IMG/VR virus record: IMGVR_UViG_2643221568_000002 | Span: 1-64,000 of that record | Origin: a virus | Taxonomy: Duplodnaviria; Caudoviricetes | Strand: one strand, 5' to 3' | DNA: 64,000 bases | Shown: one piece after another, positions 18,192 through 26,466 of the stretch | How positions within the stretch are numbered: the first letter of the stretch is position 1 | Layout of the letters: the number at the start of each line of letters is the position of its first letter | Position numbers and translations under genes: made by a program | Notes under the pieces: generated by a model | What the model saw: the letters and a program-made list of their open reading frames with translations, nothing else | What the model was told of the DNA's origin: nothing | Database searches by the model: none

Positions 18192-18934
18192 CGCGCTCCC
18201 TTGATGAACAGGAAATCCGGAACGCCGTCGTGGCTCGCCTGCGAGAACTGGTGCCTGGCTATCGCATTGTCCACGAGCTGAATGTCGCGGGGCAGGGGTC
18301 TAACCGCATCGACGTCGCCGCGATCGGTACCGAGCATATCGTCGGCGTGGAAATCAAATCGCGCAAGGACGTGCTGAAGCGGCTGGACGAGCAGTGGAAG
18401 GCGTTCAACAGAGTTTGCCATCTCGTAATCGTCGCCGCCCATGAGAAGCACTTCGCTGATTACAGACAAGATGGATGGCGCGCTGATGTGCCGTCGGAGC
18501 GCCACCTCAACCATCCTCTATTCTTCGGGCATCCAAGAGGTCGCAAGAAGGTATGGCATTTTCCACGCCCAGATTACGAGGCAATGGACTACTACCGGCG
18601 TCGCGATGCCGATGATTGGCGCTTTGATCGCTTTAGAGATCTGATGCGCATTCCCCACGCCACAGAGATGCTCGACATGCTTTGGGCCGCGGAGCTTCAG
18701 GCTGAATGCTGGCGGCACCGCGTCTCATGCACGTCACGCTCTACTCGGCCCGACATGATCCGCGCCTTGGCTTGGAACCTTACCGGCAAGGAGGTCACCC
18801 ACGCGGTCTGCCGCCAGCTGCGCCAGCGATCGTTCGCTGAAGCCGATGCCCCAATTTACCCTGACCAGCCTGCGCCGGCACCACAGCCGGCGCAGGAGCC
18901 GCTTTCTCTGCCATTTGAAGGGACGCCAGCATGA
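18188..18934 (+). CDS. PD-(D/E)xK nuclease-like protein (MmcB/sce7726-like)
   Basis: HEL...RIDVAAI...GVEIKSRKD.LKRL..Q. Confidence 0.75.
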   Translation: MTRSLDEQEIRNAVVARLRELVPGYRIVHELNVAGQGSNRIDVAAIGTEHIVGVEIKSRKDVLKRLDEQWKAFNRVCHLVIVAAHEKHFADYRQDGWRADVPSERHLNHPLFFGHPRGRKKVWHFPRPDYEAMDYYRRRDADDWRFDRFRDLMRIPHATEMLDMLWAAELQAECWRHRVSCTSRSTRPDMIRALAWNLTGKEVTHAVCRQLRQRSFAEADAPIYPDQPAPAPQPAQEPLSLPFEGTPA

Positions 18935-19554
18935 GCCGCCGTACCATGCCCTATCACCGCCGATACCACGGCGACGCGCTGCAAGGATATCGCAAGCTCA
19001 CACTGGAGCAGCGTGGCGCGTACACGACGATCCTCGACCTGATCTACGATGAAGGTGGCCCAATCGATCGCAATGAGCGCTGGCTCGCCGGTGAGCTGAA
19101 TTGCTCTCTCCGGAAGGCTAAGGTTCTCCTCGACGAGTTGATCCAGTTGCGCAAAATCTGCGTCACCGTTGGTGGAAAACTGAGCAATCATCGTGCCGAA
19201 AGTGAGATAGAAAATTCGCTGAAAATCTCGCGAAAACGCGCTGAAAACGGATCGAAACGGAAAGATAATTCAAACGATAAACCGAAATCGTCCAATAAAT
19301 TCAATGATCCAGTCAAGCAATTGCTGAACAATTGCGCTGTAATACCAGTACCAGAGCCATATAAGAATAATAATAGCTCTTCGGAGTATGAGGATAGGAG
19401 GGCAAGGAGGGAACAGGTTCTAGCCGTTCCCGATGAGCCTCCACCAATCACAGCATCGCATCGATTGATCAGCAGCCTGGACGGAAGAACCGGATCGGGT
19501 GCAGCCGCAGCTCAAGCCGCTCGTCGAGCGAGGTCGGGAGGGCGTTTGTGGTGA
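18931..19554 (+). CDS. YdaU/DUF1376-family putative replication protein
   Basis: YHRRYHGDAL...LTLEQRGAY..ILDLIY. Confidence 0.8.
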   Translation: MSRRTMPYHRRYHGDALQGYRKLTLEQRGAYTTILDLIYDEGGPIDRNERWLAGELNCSLRKAKVLLDELIQLRKICVTVGGKLSNHRAESEIENSLKISRKRAENGSKRKDNSNDKPKSSNKFNDPVKQLLNNCAVIPVPEPYKNNNSSSEYEDRRARREQVLAVPDEPPPITASHRLISSLDGRTGSGAAAAQAARRARSGGRLW

Positions 19555-20369
19555 GCAAGAAGCCATCGAAGTCGGATGAGGTTTTGTCACCCCTAAAGCG
19601 GAAATCCGGCAATCGTGGAGTGTCGGCAAAGGCTGGTGGCAAGGTTGCAAATCCGAAGGTGCGGAAAGCAGGGGTTGAGAAGGATGCCGAGCCCAAGCCG
19701 GTGAAGTACGACAAGCGGTTCATCGGTCTGGCCAGGACGATGTTCCTCGCCAAGGTCTCCGACGAGGAGATCGCCGGCATCATCGGCATCGACGTCGAGG
19801 AGCTGGAGTGGTGGAAGGAAGAGCACCCCGAGTTCGGCAACGCGTTCCGGCCAGATCCGCGCAATTACGGCGGCAGGCCCACGGTCTGGGAAGATCGCAA
19901 CATCACGATCGCTCAGTCGCTCGCCAGCCTCGGCGCCACGGACCTCGAGATCGCGCAGGCCTTCGAGGTCAGCATCCGCACGATCCACCGTTGGAAGCTG
20001 GACTATCCGGAGTTCCGCGAAGCGCTCGAGCTGGGCAAGGATGCAGCCGACAAGCGTGTCGAGACAAGCCTCTTCCAGCGTGCCACCGGCTATTCGTTCG
20101 ACAGCGAGAAGATCGTCGTCATCGAGGGCGAGGCACAGCGCGTCGAGATCATCGAGCATGTCCCGCCCGACACCAAGGCGGCTATGTGGTGGCTGCAGAA
20201 CCGGAAGCCCGACGCGTGGCGCGCCGTCCAGCACATCAAGCACGATGTCGAGAAGGATAGTCCGCTTGGATCGTTCCTGAAGAAGATAGGCGGCAGCACA
20301 TTCATGCCCGTGGAGGAGGATGCCACCACGCCCAACGCGTTCTCGCCCGTCGAAGAAGATGAGGCGTAA
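19548..20369 (+). CDS. terS: Terminase small subunit
   Basis: GGRPT, tandem HTH, KRVETSLFQRATGY, PPDTKAAMWWLQNR; upstream of TerL. Confidence 0.85.
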   Translation: MVSKKPSKSDEVLSPLKRKSGNRGVSAKAGGKVANPKVRKAGVEKDAEPKPVKYDKRFIGLARTMFLAKVSDEEIAGIIGIDVEELEWWKEEHPEFGNAFRPDPRNYGGRPTVWEDRNITIAQSLASLGATDLEIAQAFEVSIRTIHRWKLDYPEFREALELGKDAADKRVETSLFQRATGYSFDSEKIVVIEGEAQRVEIIEHVPPDTKAAMWWLQNRKPDAWRAVQHIKHDVEKDSPLGSFLKKIGGSTFMPVEEDATTPNAFSPVEEDEA

Positions 20370-21916
20370 TGTACGAGCATCTTGCCGGTCTTACTGAAGA
20401 GCAGTTCCTCGAGAACCTGAAAGACCCGAACTGGCGCATCCGCAACCTCTATTACATCCTCGACAAGTTTCACCAGACCGTCGTGTTCAAGCCGAATGAG
20501 GCTCAGGACAAGTTCTTGAAGCGCATCTGGCACAGGAACATCGTGCCGAAGGCCCGCCAGCGCGGCTTCTCAACCGTCATCCAGCTCCTGATCCTCGACG
20601 CTTGCCTGTTCAATCCAAACCAGCGTGCGGCAATTATTGCCCAGGATCAGTTCACCGCTGGCAAGATCATGCGCAACAAGATCGAGTTTGCGTATGAGCG
20701 GCTGCCAGACTTCATCCGCCGTGACGTGAGCATCGTGACTGACAACGTCGCTGAGAAGATCTTCAGCAACGGTTCGTCAATACAGGTGTCCACGTCTGCG
20801 CGTGGTGACACGCTCAATTGGCTCCACGTCTCAGAGTTCGGCATCATCTGCTTCGAGTCGCCGCAGAAGGCCGAGAAGATCGTAACCGGCGCGCTCGCGG
20901 CAGCCGGGCAGGGCATCACCTTCATCGAAAGCACGGCGAAAGGCAGGGACGGCGCATACTACAAGATGGTCATGGAGGCGAAAGCCAATGCCGATTCCGG
21001 CAAACGCCTGTCTCGCCTCCAATACAGGCTGCACTTCGCGTCGTGGTGGGATGCTGACGAGTATGAGGTTGATCCGACCGGCATCACGATCTCTGCGAAG
21101 GATGAAAAGTATTTCGACGAGCTGGAGCGCGAGATTGGCCGCGAGATATCGCCGCGCAAGCGCGCTTGGTATGTCGCGACCAGGCTGAACGACTATTCCG
21201 ACGAAGACGAAATGATGTGGCAGGAGTACCCATCAACCGTCGAAGAGGCATTCAAGGTTTCCACCGCCGGCGTGATCCTCGCCAAGCAGCTCACCAGAGC
21301 CCGAAGCGACGGGCGCATCACTCGCGTTCCGTGGCGGCCAAACCTCCCGGTCAACACGTTCTGGGACTTGGGCGTGGATGACGATATCGCCATCTGGTTC
21401 CACCAGTCCGTCGGCATGATGGACCACTGGATCAATTACTTCGAATGCAGCAGCGAGCCCTACAGCTACGTCATCGCCGAGATGCAGAAGCACGGTTACG
21501 TGTGGGGGCATCACTTCCTGCCGCACGACGGAGACCAGCGTCGGCCAGGCGCTATCATCATCGAGACGCCGCGGCAGATGCTCGAGGGCCTCGGCCTCAA
21601 GAACGTCCACATCGTTCCCCGAACCACTGACCTGATGGCGATCGGCATGCCCGCGCTGAAGGATGACATGGTCAACTATGTCTTCGACGAGCAGAACTGC
21701 GCCAAGGGCATCCTTCATCTCGATAACTACCGGAAGTCTTGGAACACCAACATGGGCGTGTGGTCCGAGACGCCGGCAAAGAACGGCCACCAGCACGCCG
21801 CCGATGCGCTGCGCCAGAAGGCACAATACCGCGACGAGGTCGCGCGCCTGTGCGGCACTGTTACCGCTTCCTCCTCCTCATCGCGCCGTCGGGCGCGTGA
21901 CCCCATGACCCTCTGA
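20369..21916 (+). CDS. terL: Terminase large subunit
   Basis: KARQRGFST, LHVSEFG, IESTA, WDLG, HAADALR. Confidence 0.95.
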   Translation: MYEHLAGLTEEQFLENLKDPNWRIRNLYYILDKFHQTVVFKPNEAQDKFLKRIWHRNIVPKARQRGFSTVIQLLILDACLFNPNQRAAIIAQDQFTAGKIMRNKIEFAYERLPDFIRRDVSIVTDNVAEKIFSNGSSIQVSTSARGDTLNWLHVSEFGIICFESPQKAEKIVTGALAAAGQGITFIESTAKGRDGAYYKMVMEAKANADSGKRLSRLQYRLHFASWWDADEYEVDPTGITISAKDEKYFDELEREIGREISPRKRAWYVATRLNDYSDEDEMMWQEYPSTVEEAFKVSTAGVILAKQLTRARSDGRITRVPWRPNLPVNTFWDLGVDDDIAIWFHQSVGMMDHWINYFECSSEPYSYVIAEMQKHGYVWGHHFLPHDGDQRRPGAIIIETPRQMLEGLGLKNVHIVPRTTDLMAIGMPALKDDMVNYVFDEQNCAKGILHLDNYRKSWNTNMGVWSETPAKNGHQHAADALRQKAQYRDEVARLCGTVTASSSSSRRRARDPMTL

Positions 21917-21927
21917 AAGGCATCGAC

Positions 21928-22350
21928 ATGGCAGTAGATTTGGACCTCAATAAGCGTCTCTGGACTTTCCGGAAAGACGGCCTTATGGCTATCGGTACTT
22001 GGATACGGATGGATGATCGATTCCGCCCGTGTATGGTTCTTATTCCAGCGGACAGGGAATATGACGACAGGCTGACGCCGTGCGTGGTCACTATGGACCG
22101 AGCATGGATCTGGTCAGAGGAAGTCGGCGACCCTGCCCAAGCCGCACACGCGGCATTCCAGTTCGCAAACACCCTTGGCCTCTCCACAGACCGTCGCACC
22201 GTGATCCGGCTGGCAATGTTCATTGCCGACCACTTGGGCGACCTCCTGTCTATCCCCCCTTACACGCCAGATGATCAGCAGACCGTGGCCGAAGTCACCA
22301 TGCGTGACCCCACCTCCGGGCGCACGATCGAAGCCGAAATAAGGGAATAG
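21928..22350 (+). CDS. Conserved protein between TerL and portal
   Basis: 140-aa ORF at a conserved position. Confidence 0.7.
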   Translation: MAVDLDLNKRLWTFRKDGLMAIGTWIRMDDRFRPCMVLIPADREYDDRLTPCVVTMDRAWIWSEEVGDPAQAAHAAFQFANTLGLSTDRRTVIRLAMFIADHLGDLLSIPPYTPDDQQTVAEVTMRDPTSGRTIEAEIRE

Positions 22351-22351
22351 A

Positions 22352-24571
22352 ATGTTTTCACTCGACGCTGACGATGGATCGGTGCGGAAGAAGCGGTACG
22401 AATCGCCAATCCCGGCAGACACGCCAGCGTCGAAAAGGCCACAGACGGGCAACGCGCTCGACAATGGCAAGAATACCCAGCTGCACAAGCGGCTTCTCGG
22501 CTTCTATACCCGAGAGCTGGACCGCCAGGCTGAAAACCGCCGCGACATGGCGATCGATGCGGACTTCTACGATAACATCCAGTGGACAGAGGAGCAGGCA
22601 GCGGTTCTTCAAGAGCGCGGCCAGTCGCCTCTCGTATTCAACGTCACCGCCACCACCGTCGATTGGGTGATCGGTACCGAAAAGCGCGCGCGCACCGACT
22701 TCAAGGTGCTGCCTCGCCGTAAAGAAGACGGCAAGCCTGCGCAGCGCAAATCCGAGCTGCTGAAGTATTTGGGCGACGTGAACCGCAGTGGGTTCCACGT
22801 CAGCCGTGGATTCGAGGACGCTGCCAAGGTCGGCGTTGGCTGGATGGAGGACGGGTACCAAGGCGATGACGAGGGTGAGCCACTGTTCTCTCGCTACGAA
22901 TCGTGGCGCAACATGCTCTGGGACAGCGCGGCAACTGAGTACGACCTGTCAGACGGTCGTTACGTCATGCGCTCCAAGTGGCTCGATCTCGACGTCGCCC
23001 AAGCAATGTTCCCTAAGCGCAAGTCGCTTTTGACGCGCAGCGTAGACGACGCTGACAATTTCGCGATGATCGACGGCTATGGCGATGAAGCCATGGACGG
23101 CCCAGAATTGGAAAATCAGGGCAGGGGCGATGGCACCTTTATTTCCGACCGAGTGACAGGGTATCAGAGACACCGCGTCAGAGTGATCGAGTGCTGGTTC
23201 AAAATGCCCGTGCAAACCGAAAAGATTTCGGGTGGCACGTTCGCCGGCGACATCTACGACGATATGTCGCCCGGACATCTCTCTGCAATCGAGGAAGGCG
23301 ACGGCGAAATCGTCAAGAAGGCCACGATGCGCATGTATGTTGCGCTGTTCACCACAGCGGGCATGCTCTGGCTTTCGCCGTCTATATACCGCCATAACCG
23401 CTACCCCTTCACGCCGATCTGGAACAAGCGCCGCGATCGCGATGGCATGCCTTACGGCCTGGTGCGCAACATCCGCGACATCCAGAGCGACATCAACAAG
23501 CGCGCATCGAAGGCCCTGCATATCCTCTCGACGAACAAGGTCGTGATGGACAAGGGCGCAGTCGATGACATCGACGAACTTCGGGAAGAGATCGCCCAGC
23601 CCGATGCGATTATCGAGGTGAACGTTGGCAAAAGCTTCAAGTTCGACGTCGATCGAGAACTGAGCCAGTGGCACCTCGAGATGATGTCTCGCGACATCCA
23701 GATGGTGCAGCAGGTCGGCGGTGTGACCGACGAGAACCTTGGGCGCAGCACCAACGCCGTGTCGGGTATCGCCATTCAGGCCCGTCAGGAGCAGGGCGCG
23801 CTTGCAACGGCCAAACTGTTCGATAACCACCGGTTTGCCCAACAGGTGCGCGGCGAGAAGATCCTCGCCAACATCGAGCAGTTCATGTCGGAAGAGAAAC
23901 AGTTCCGCATCACCAACATGCGCGGCAATCCGGAATACGTGACCGTCAACGATGGTCTCCCCGAGAACAACATCGTCCGCACCAAGGCAGACTACATCAT
24001 CGACGAACAGGACTGGCGCGCAACGGTCCGTCAGGCCCAGGTCGCCGAGCTGCTCGACCTCCTCGGCAAGCTTGCGCCGGTCAACCCCCAAATCGCGATC
24101 GTGCTCCTCGATCTGGTCGTCGAGGCGATGGACATCCCGCAGCGCGAGGAAATCGTGAAGCGCATCCGTCAGGTCACGAACATGAAGGACCCTGATGCCG
24201 AAGATCAGCCGCCGACACCGGAAGAGGAGGCACAGGCGCAGGCTACAGCACAGCAACAGAAGCTCGCGCTTGAAACAGCAATGGCGCAGCTGCGCAAGAT
24301 CCAGTCTGAGGCTTCACGCAACGAAGCTCACGCCTCCGACATCAAGGCGAAGACGGTTGCGGCCAACGTTGGCGCGCAGAAGTCGGCGCTCGAGGCAGCC
24401 AGCGCTGTGATCGTTGCGCCAGGCATTGCCGATATCGGCGACGTCATCTTGCACGAATCCGGTTTCGTCTCTCGCTCTGAGGGCGAGAAGGACATGCAGC
24501 AGCAGCAAGCAGCTCAACAACCACCACAACAGCAACAGCAGGACGCCATGGCTATCGGCCTCGGCGCATAA
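22352..24571 (+). CDS. Portal protein (P22-like)
   Basis: DFYDNIQW, PYGLVRNIRDIQSDINKRAS, NAVSGIAIQARQEQG; 739 aa. Confidence 0.92.
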   Translation: MFSLDADDGSVRKKRYESPIPADTPASKRPQTGNALDNGKNTQLHKRLLGFYTRELDRQAENRRDMAIDADFYDNIQWTEEQAAVLQERGQSPLVFNVTATTVDWVIGTEKRARTDFKVLPRRKEDGKPAQRKSELLKYLGDVNRSGFHVSRGFEDAAKVGVGWMEDGYQGDDEGEPLFSRYESWRNMLWDSAATEYDLSDGRYVMRSKWLDLDVAQAMFPKRKSLLTRSVDDADNFAMIDGYGDEAMDGPELENQGRGDGTFISDRVTGYQRHRVRVIECWFKMPVQTEKISGGTFAGDIYDDMSPGHLSAIEEGDGEIVKKATMRMYVALFTTAGMLWLSPSIYRHNRYPFTPIWNKRRDRDGMPYGLVRNIRDIQSDINKRASKALHILSTNKVVMDKGAVDDIDELREEIAQPDAIIEVNVGKSFKFDVDRELSQWHLEMMSRDIQMVQQVGGVTDENLGRSTNAVSGIAIQARQEQGALATAKLFDNHRFAQQVRGEKILANIEQFMSEEKQFRITNMRGNPEYVTVNDGLPENNIVRTKADYIIDEQDWRATVRQAQVAELLDLLGKLAPVNPQIAIVLLDLVVEAMDIPQREEIVKRIRQVTNMKDPDAEDQPPTPEEEAQAQATAQQQKLALETAMAQLRKIQSEASRNEAHASDIKAKTVAANVGAQKSALEAASAVIVAPGIADIGDVILHESGFVSRSEGEKDMQQQQAAQQPPQQQQQDAMAIGLGA

Positions 24572-24582
24572 GGAGCTTTCCC

Positions 24583-25551
24583 ATGGTTGGCAAACCAAAT
24601 GCCGCAGAACTGGACATGCTTACCGACGAAGAGCGCGAAGGCTTGCTCGACGAAGACACCATCGACGAGGGCCTTGAAGAAGAGGGCGACGGAGACGGAG
24701 ACGGCGAAGGTGATGCCAACACGGATGCTGGGAACGGTACCGACAAGGAGCAGGACAAAGCCGGCGACGGTGATGGTGAAGGCGAAGGCGATGGCGATGG
24801 TGACGATAACACCGACGCCGCCAAGGCCGCAGCAGATGCCGCAGCGGCGGCTGAAGCGGCAGCGGCAGCCGCCGCAGCTGCATCGCAGGATGCCGAGCAG
24901 AAGAACGTAGCACAGGAACCGCAGGAGCGTGCACCCTCTTGGCGCATCGATCCAGCGGTACCGGACAAGATTACAGAGCTGGACAAGCAGCGTGACGAGA
25001 TTGTCGCGAAGTTCGACGACGGCGAAATGACTGGCGCCGAGATGCGGGCCCAGCTGAAGCCAATCGAAACGGAGATCCGGCAGCTCGAGACGAAAGTCAT
25101 GGCGGCCGACATCGCCAAGGCGAACGCGATCGACCAATACCGCGACGTCACCATCCCGAATTTCATGTCTGCGCATACCGAGTATCAGCCTGGGACGATC
25201 TTGCACACGATGCTCGACGCAGAGGTTCGCCGCCTGCAGCAGACCGCCACAAACCCGCTGAGCCCGAAGATCCTCGAGCAGGCGCACACGAATCTCTCGT
25301 CGCAGGTCGAGAAAGCCTACGGCGTGAAGAAGGCGGCTCCTAAACAGGACACGCCGAAACCAAACGCAAGCGGAACAGGTCGTCAGGTGCCGCCGACGCT
25401 GGGCACCGTGCCGGCAGCGGATGCCAATGACGCAGACGACGGCGGCGAGTTCGCCTGGCTGGACCGTCTCGCAAACTCTGATGTCGAGAAATACGAAACC
25501 GAACTCGCGAAACTCTCAGATGAGAAACGCGAGCGATACATGGCTGAATAG
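24583..25551 (+). CDS. Putative scaffolding protein
   Basis: Acidic low-complexity N-terminus, coiled coil, VPPTLG.VPAA; follows portal. Confidence 0.8.
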   Translation: MVGKPNAAELDMLTDEEREGLLDEDTIDEGLEEEGDGDGDGEGDANTDAGNGTDKEQDKAGDGDGEGEGDGDGDDNTDAAKAAADAAAAAEAAAAAAAAASQDAEQKNVAQEPQERAPSWRIDPAVPDKITELDKQRDEIVAKFDDGEMTGAEMRAQLKPIETEIRQLETKVMAADIAKANAIDQYRDVTIPNFMSAHTEYQPGTILHTMLDAEVRRLQQTATNPLSPKILEQAHTNLSSQVEKAYGVKKAAPKQDTPKPNASGTGRQVPPTLGTVPAADANDADDGGEFAWLDRLANSDVEKYETELAKLSDEKRERYMAE

Positions 25552-25559
25552 GAGCCTGA

Positions 25560-25748
25560 ATGTTGCGACTTGCCGTGAAGCTGGGGGACGCGGTGCGGAT
25601 CGAAGGTTTTGGCCTGATCCACGTCGAAGAGAAGTCGGGGCGCAGCGTGCGCCTCGGCTTCGAAACGGATCAAGGTCCGATCACGATTATCAAGCGGGAA
25701 GACACTGAGGCCGCACTCACGCGGCGTCAGCAGCACATGGTTTACTAG
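25560..25748 (+). CDS. CsrA/RsmA-fold RNA-binding protein homolog
   Basis: AGGAG SD; MLRL..KLGDAVRI...GRSVRLG...IKRED aligns with CsrA MLILTRRVGETLMI...GNQVRIG...HREE. Confidence 0.75.
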   Translation: MLRLAVKLGDAVRIEGFGLIHVEEKSGRSVRLGFETDQGPITIIKREDTEAALTRRQQHMVY

Positions 25749-26041
25749 GGCGCGCCGCTAAGGTGCGCTTTGCACTTTTCCCAAAATTCTTCGCATTTCT
25801 GGGTGGCGATGCGGGCGTTCGCTACCCATCCTGTGTTAGGGAGCGGCGGCGAACCACGGAACGGTTTTGGGTACCATCCAGACCACTGCCATTTGCCTTT
25901 TGTCAGGCCGTGCATTTCCTTCCTGATGCGGCCCAGCGCGGATTCGCCGTCGTAGCCAGTCCAATCATAATCGGTCGGCGGGTCGCTTGCGTCTATCTGC
26001 GTTCGGCGCCACTGGTATTTGGGCTGATACTTGGTCGTCAT
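25745..26041 (-). CDS. Hypothetical Trp-rich protein, convergent
   Basis: 98 aa; stop overlaps csrA-like stop. Confidence 0.65.
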   Translation of the reverse strand: MTTKYQPKYQWRRTQIDASDPPTDYDWTGYDGESALGRIRKEMHGLTKGKWQWSGWYPKPFRGSPPLPNTGWVANARIATQKCEEFWEKCKAHLSGAP

Positions 26042-26121
26042 GTGAAACCCTTGATATATTCCAAGAACACCGCCGTTGATCGCCTTCGTCTAAGCTGGTA
26101 TCAAATCGAGATGTAAACTCG

Positions 26122-26154
26122 GCGCATGAGTGCCCTCGCAAGGATAACGCGATG
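26122..26154 (+). promoter_or_regulatory. Late-leader switch 1 (tailspike-like operon)
   Basis: GCGCATGAGTGC 26122-26133 before SD AGGA and ATG 26152. Confidence 0.75.
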
Positions 26155-26466
26155 GCTCTCCCCTCTGTTCACATCATTTGCGGCTTTGCAGGCGGCGACG
26201 GCAACCAGCCGACGTCGAAGCAGGCGCTTCTGCGGCTCCCTCAGTGGTCGGAGGAGCCCGCCACCGGCGTGCCGACGACGAACGGCGCAGCTGATAACGG
26301 CGCGATGAAGCCGATCCTCCGCATCACCAACACCGTGGACATCTACCTGAGTGTCGGAAAAGCGCCGAATCCGGCGATAAGCCCGCGTTTCGCACTTCGT
26401 GCGGTCGATGCCCCGCATGACATTTACGTCGAGCCCGGCGACAAGGCGGCTTGGGTGGCCGCGTAA
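26152..26466 (+). CDS. Small putative virion/tail-associated protein
   Basis: 104 aa; coupled (TAATG) to next gene. Confidence 0.7.
   Translation: MALPSVHIICGFAGGDGNQPTSKQALLRLPQWSEEPATGVPTTNGAADNGAMKPILRITNTVDIYLSVGKAPNPAISPRFALRAVDAPHDIYVEPGDKAAWVAA

Noticed and set aside
22949-24256. Long antisense ORFs (also 4371-5336, 54527-55798, 43730-44758)
   Set aside because: Shadow ORFs of GC-rich genes with no recognisable motifs
24680-24880. GD and Ala repeats in the scaffold gene
   Set aside because: Ordinary low-complexity coding sequence
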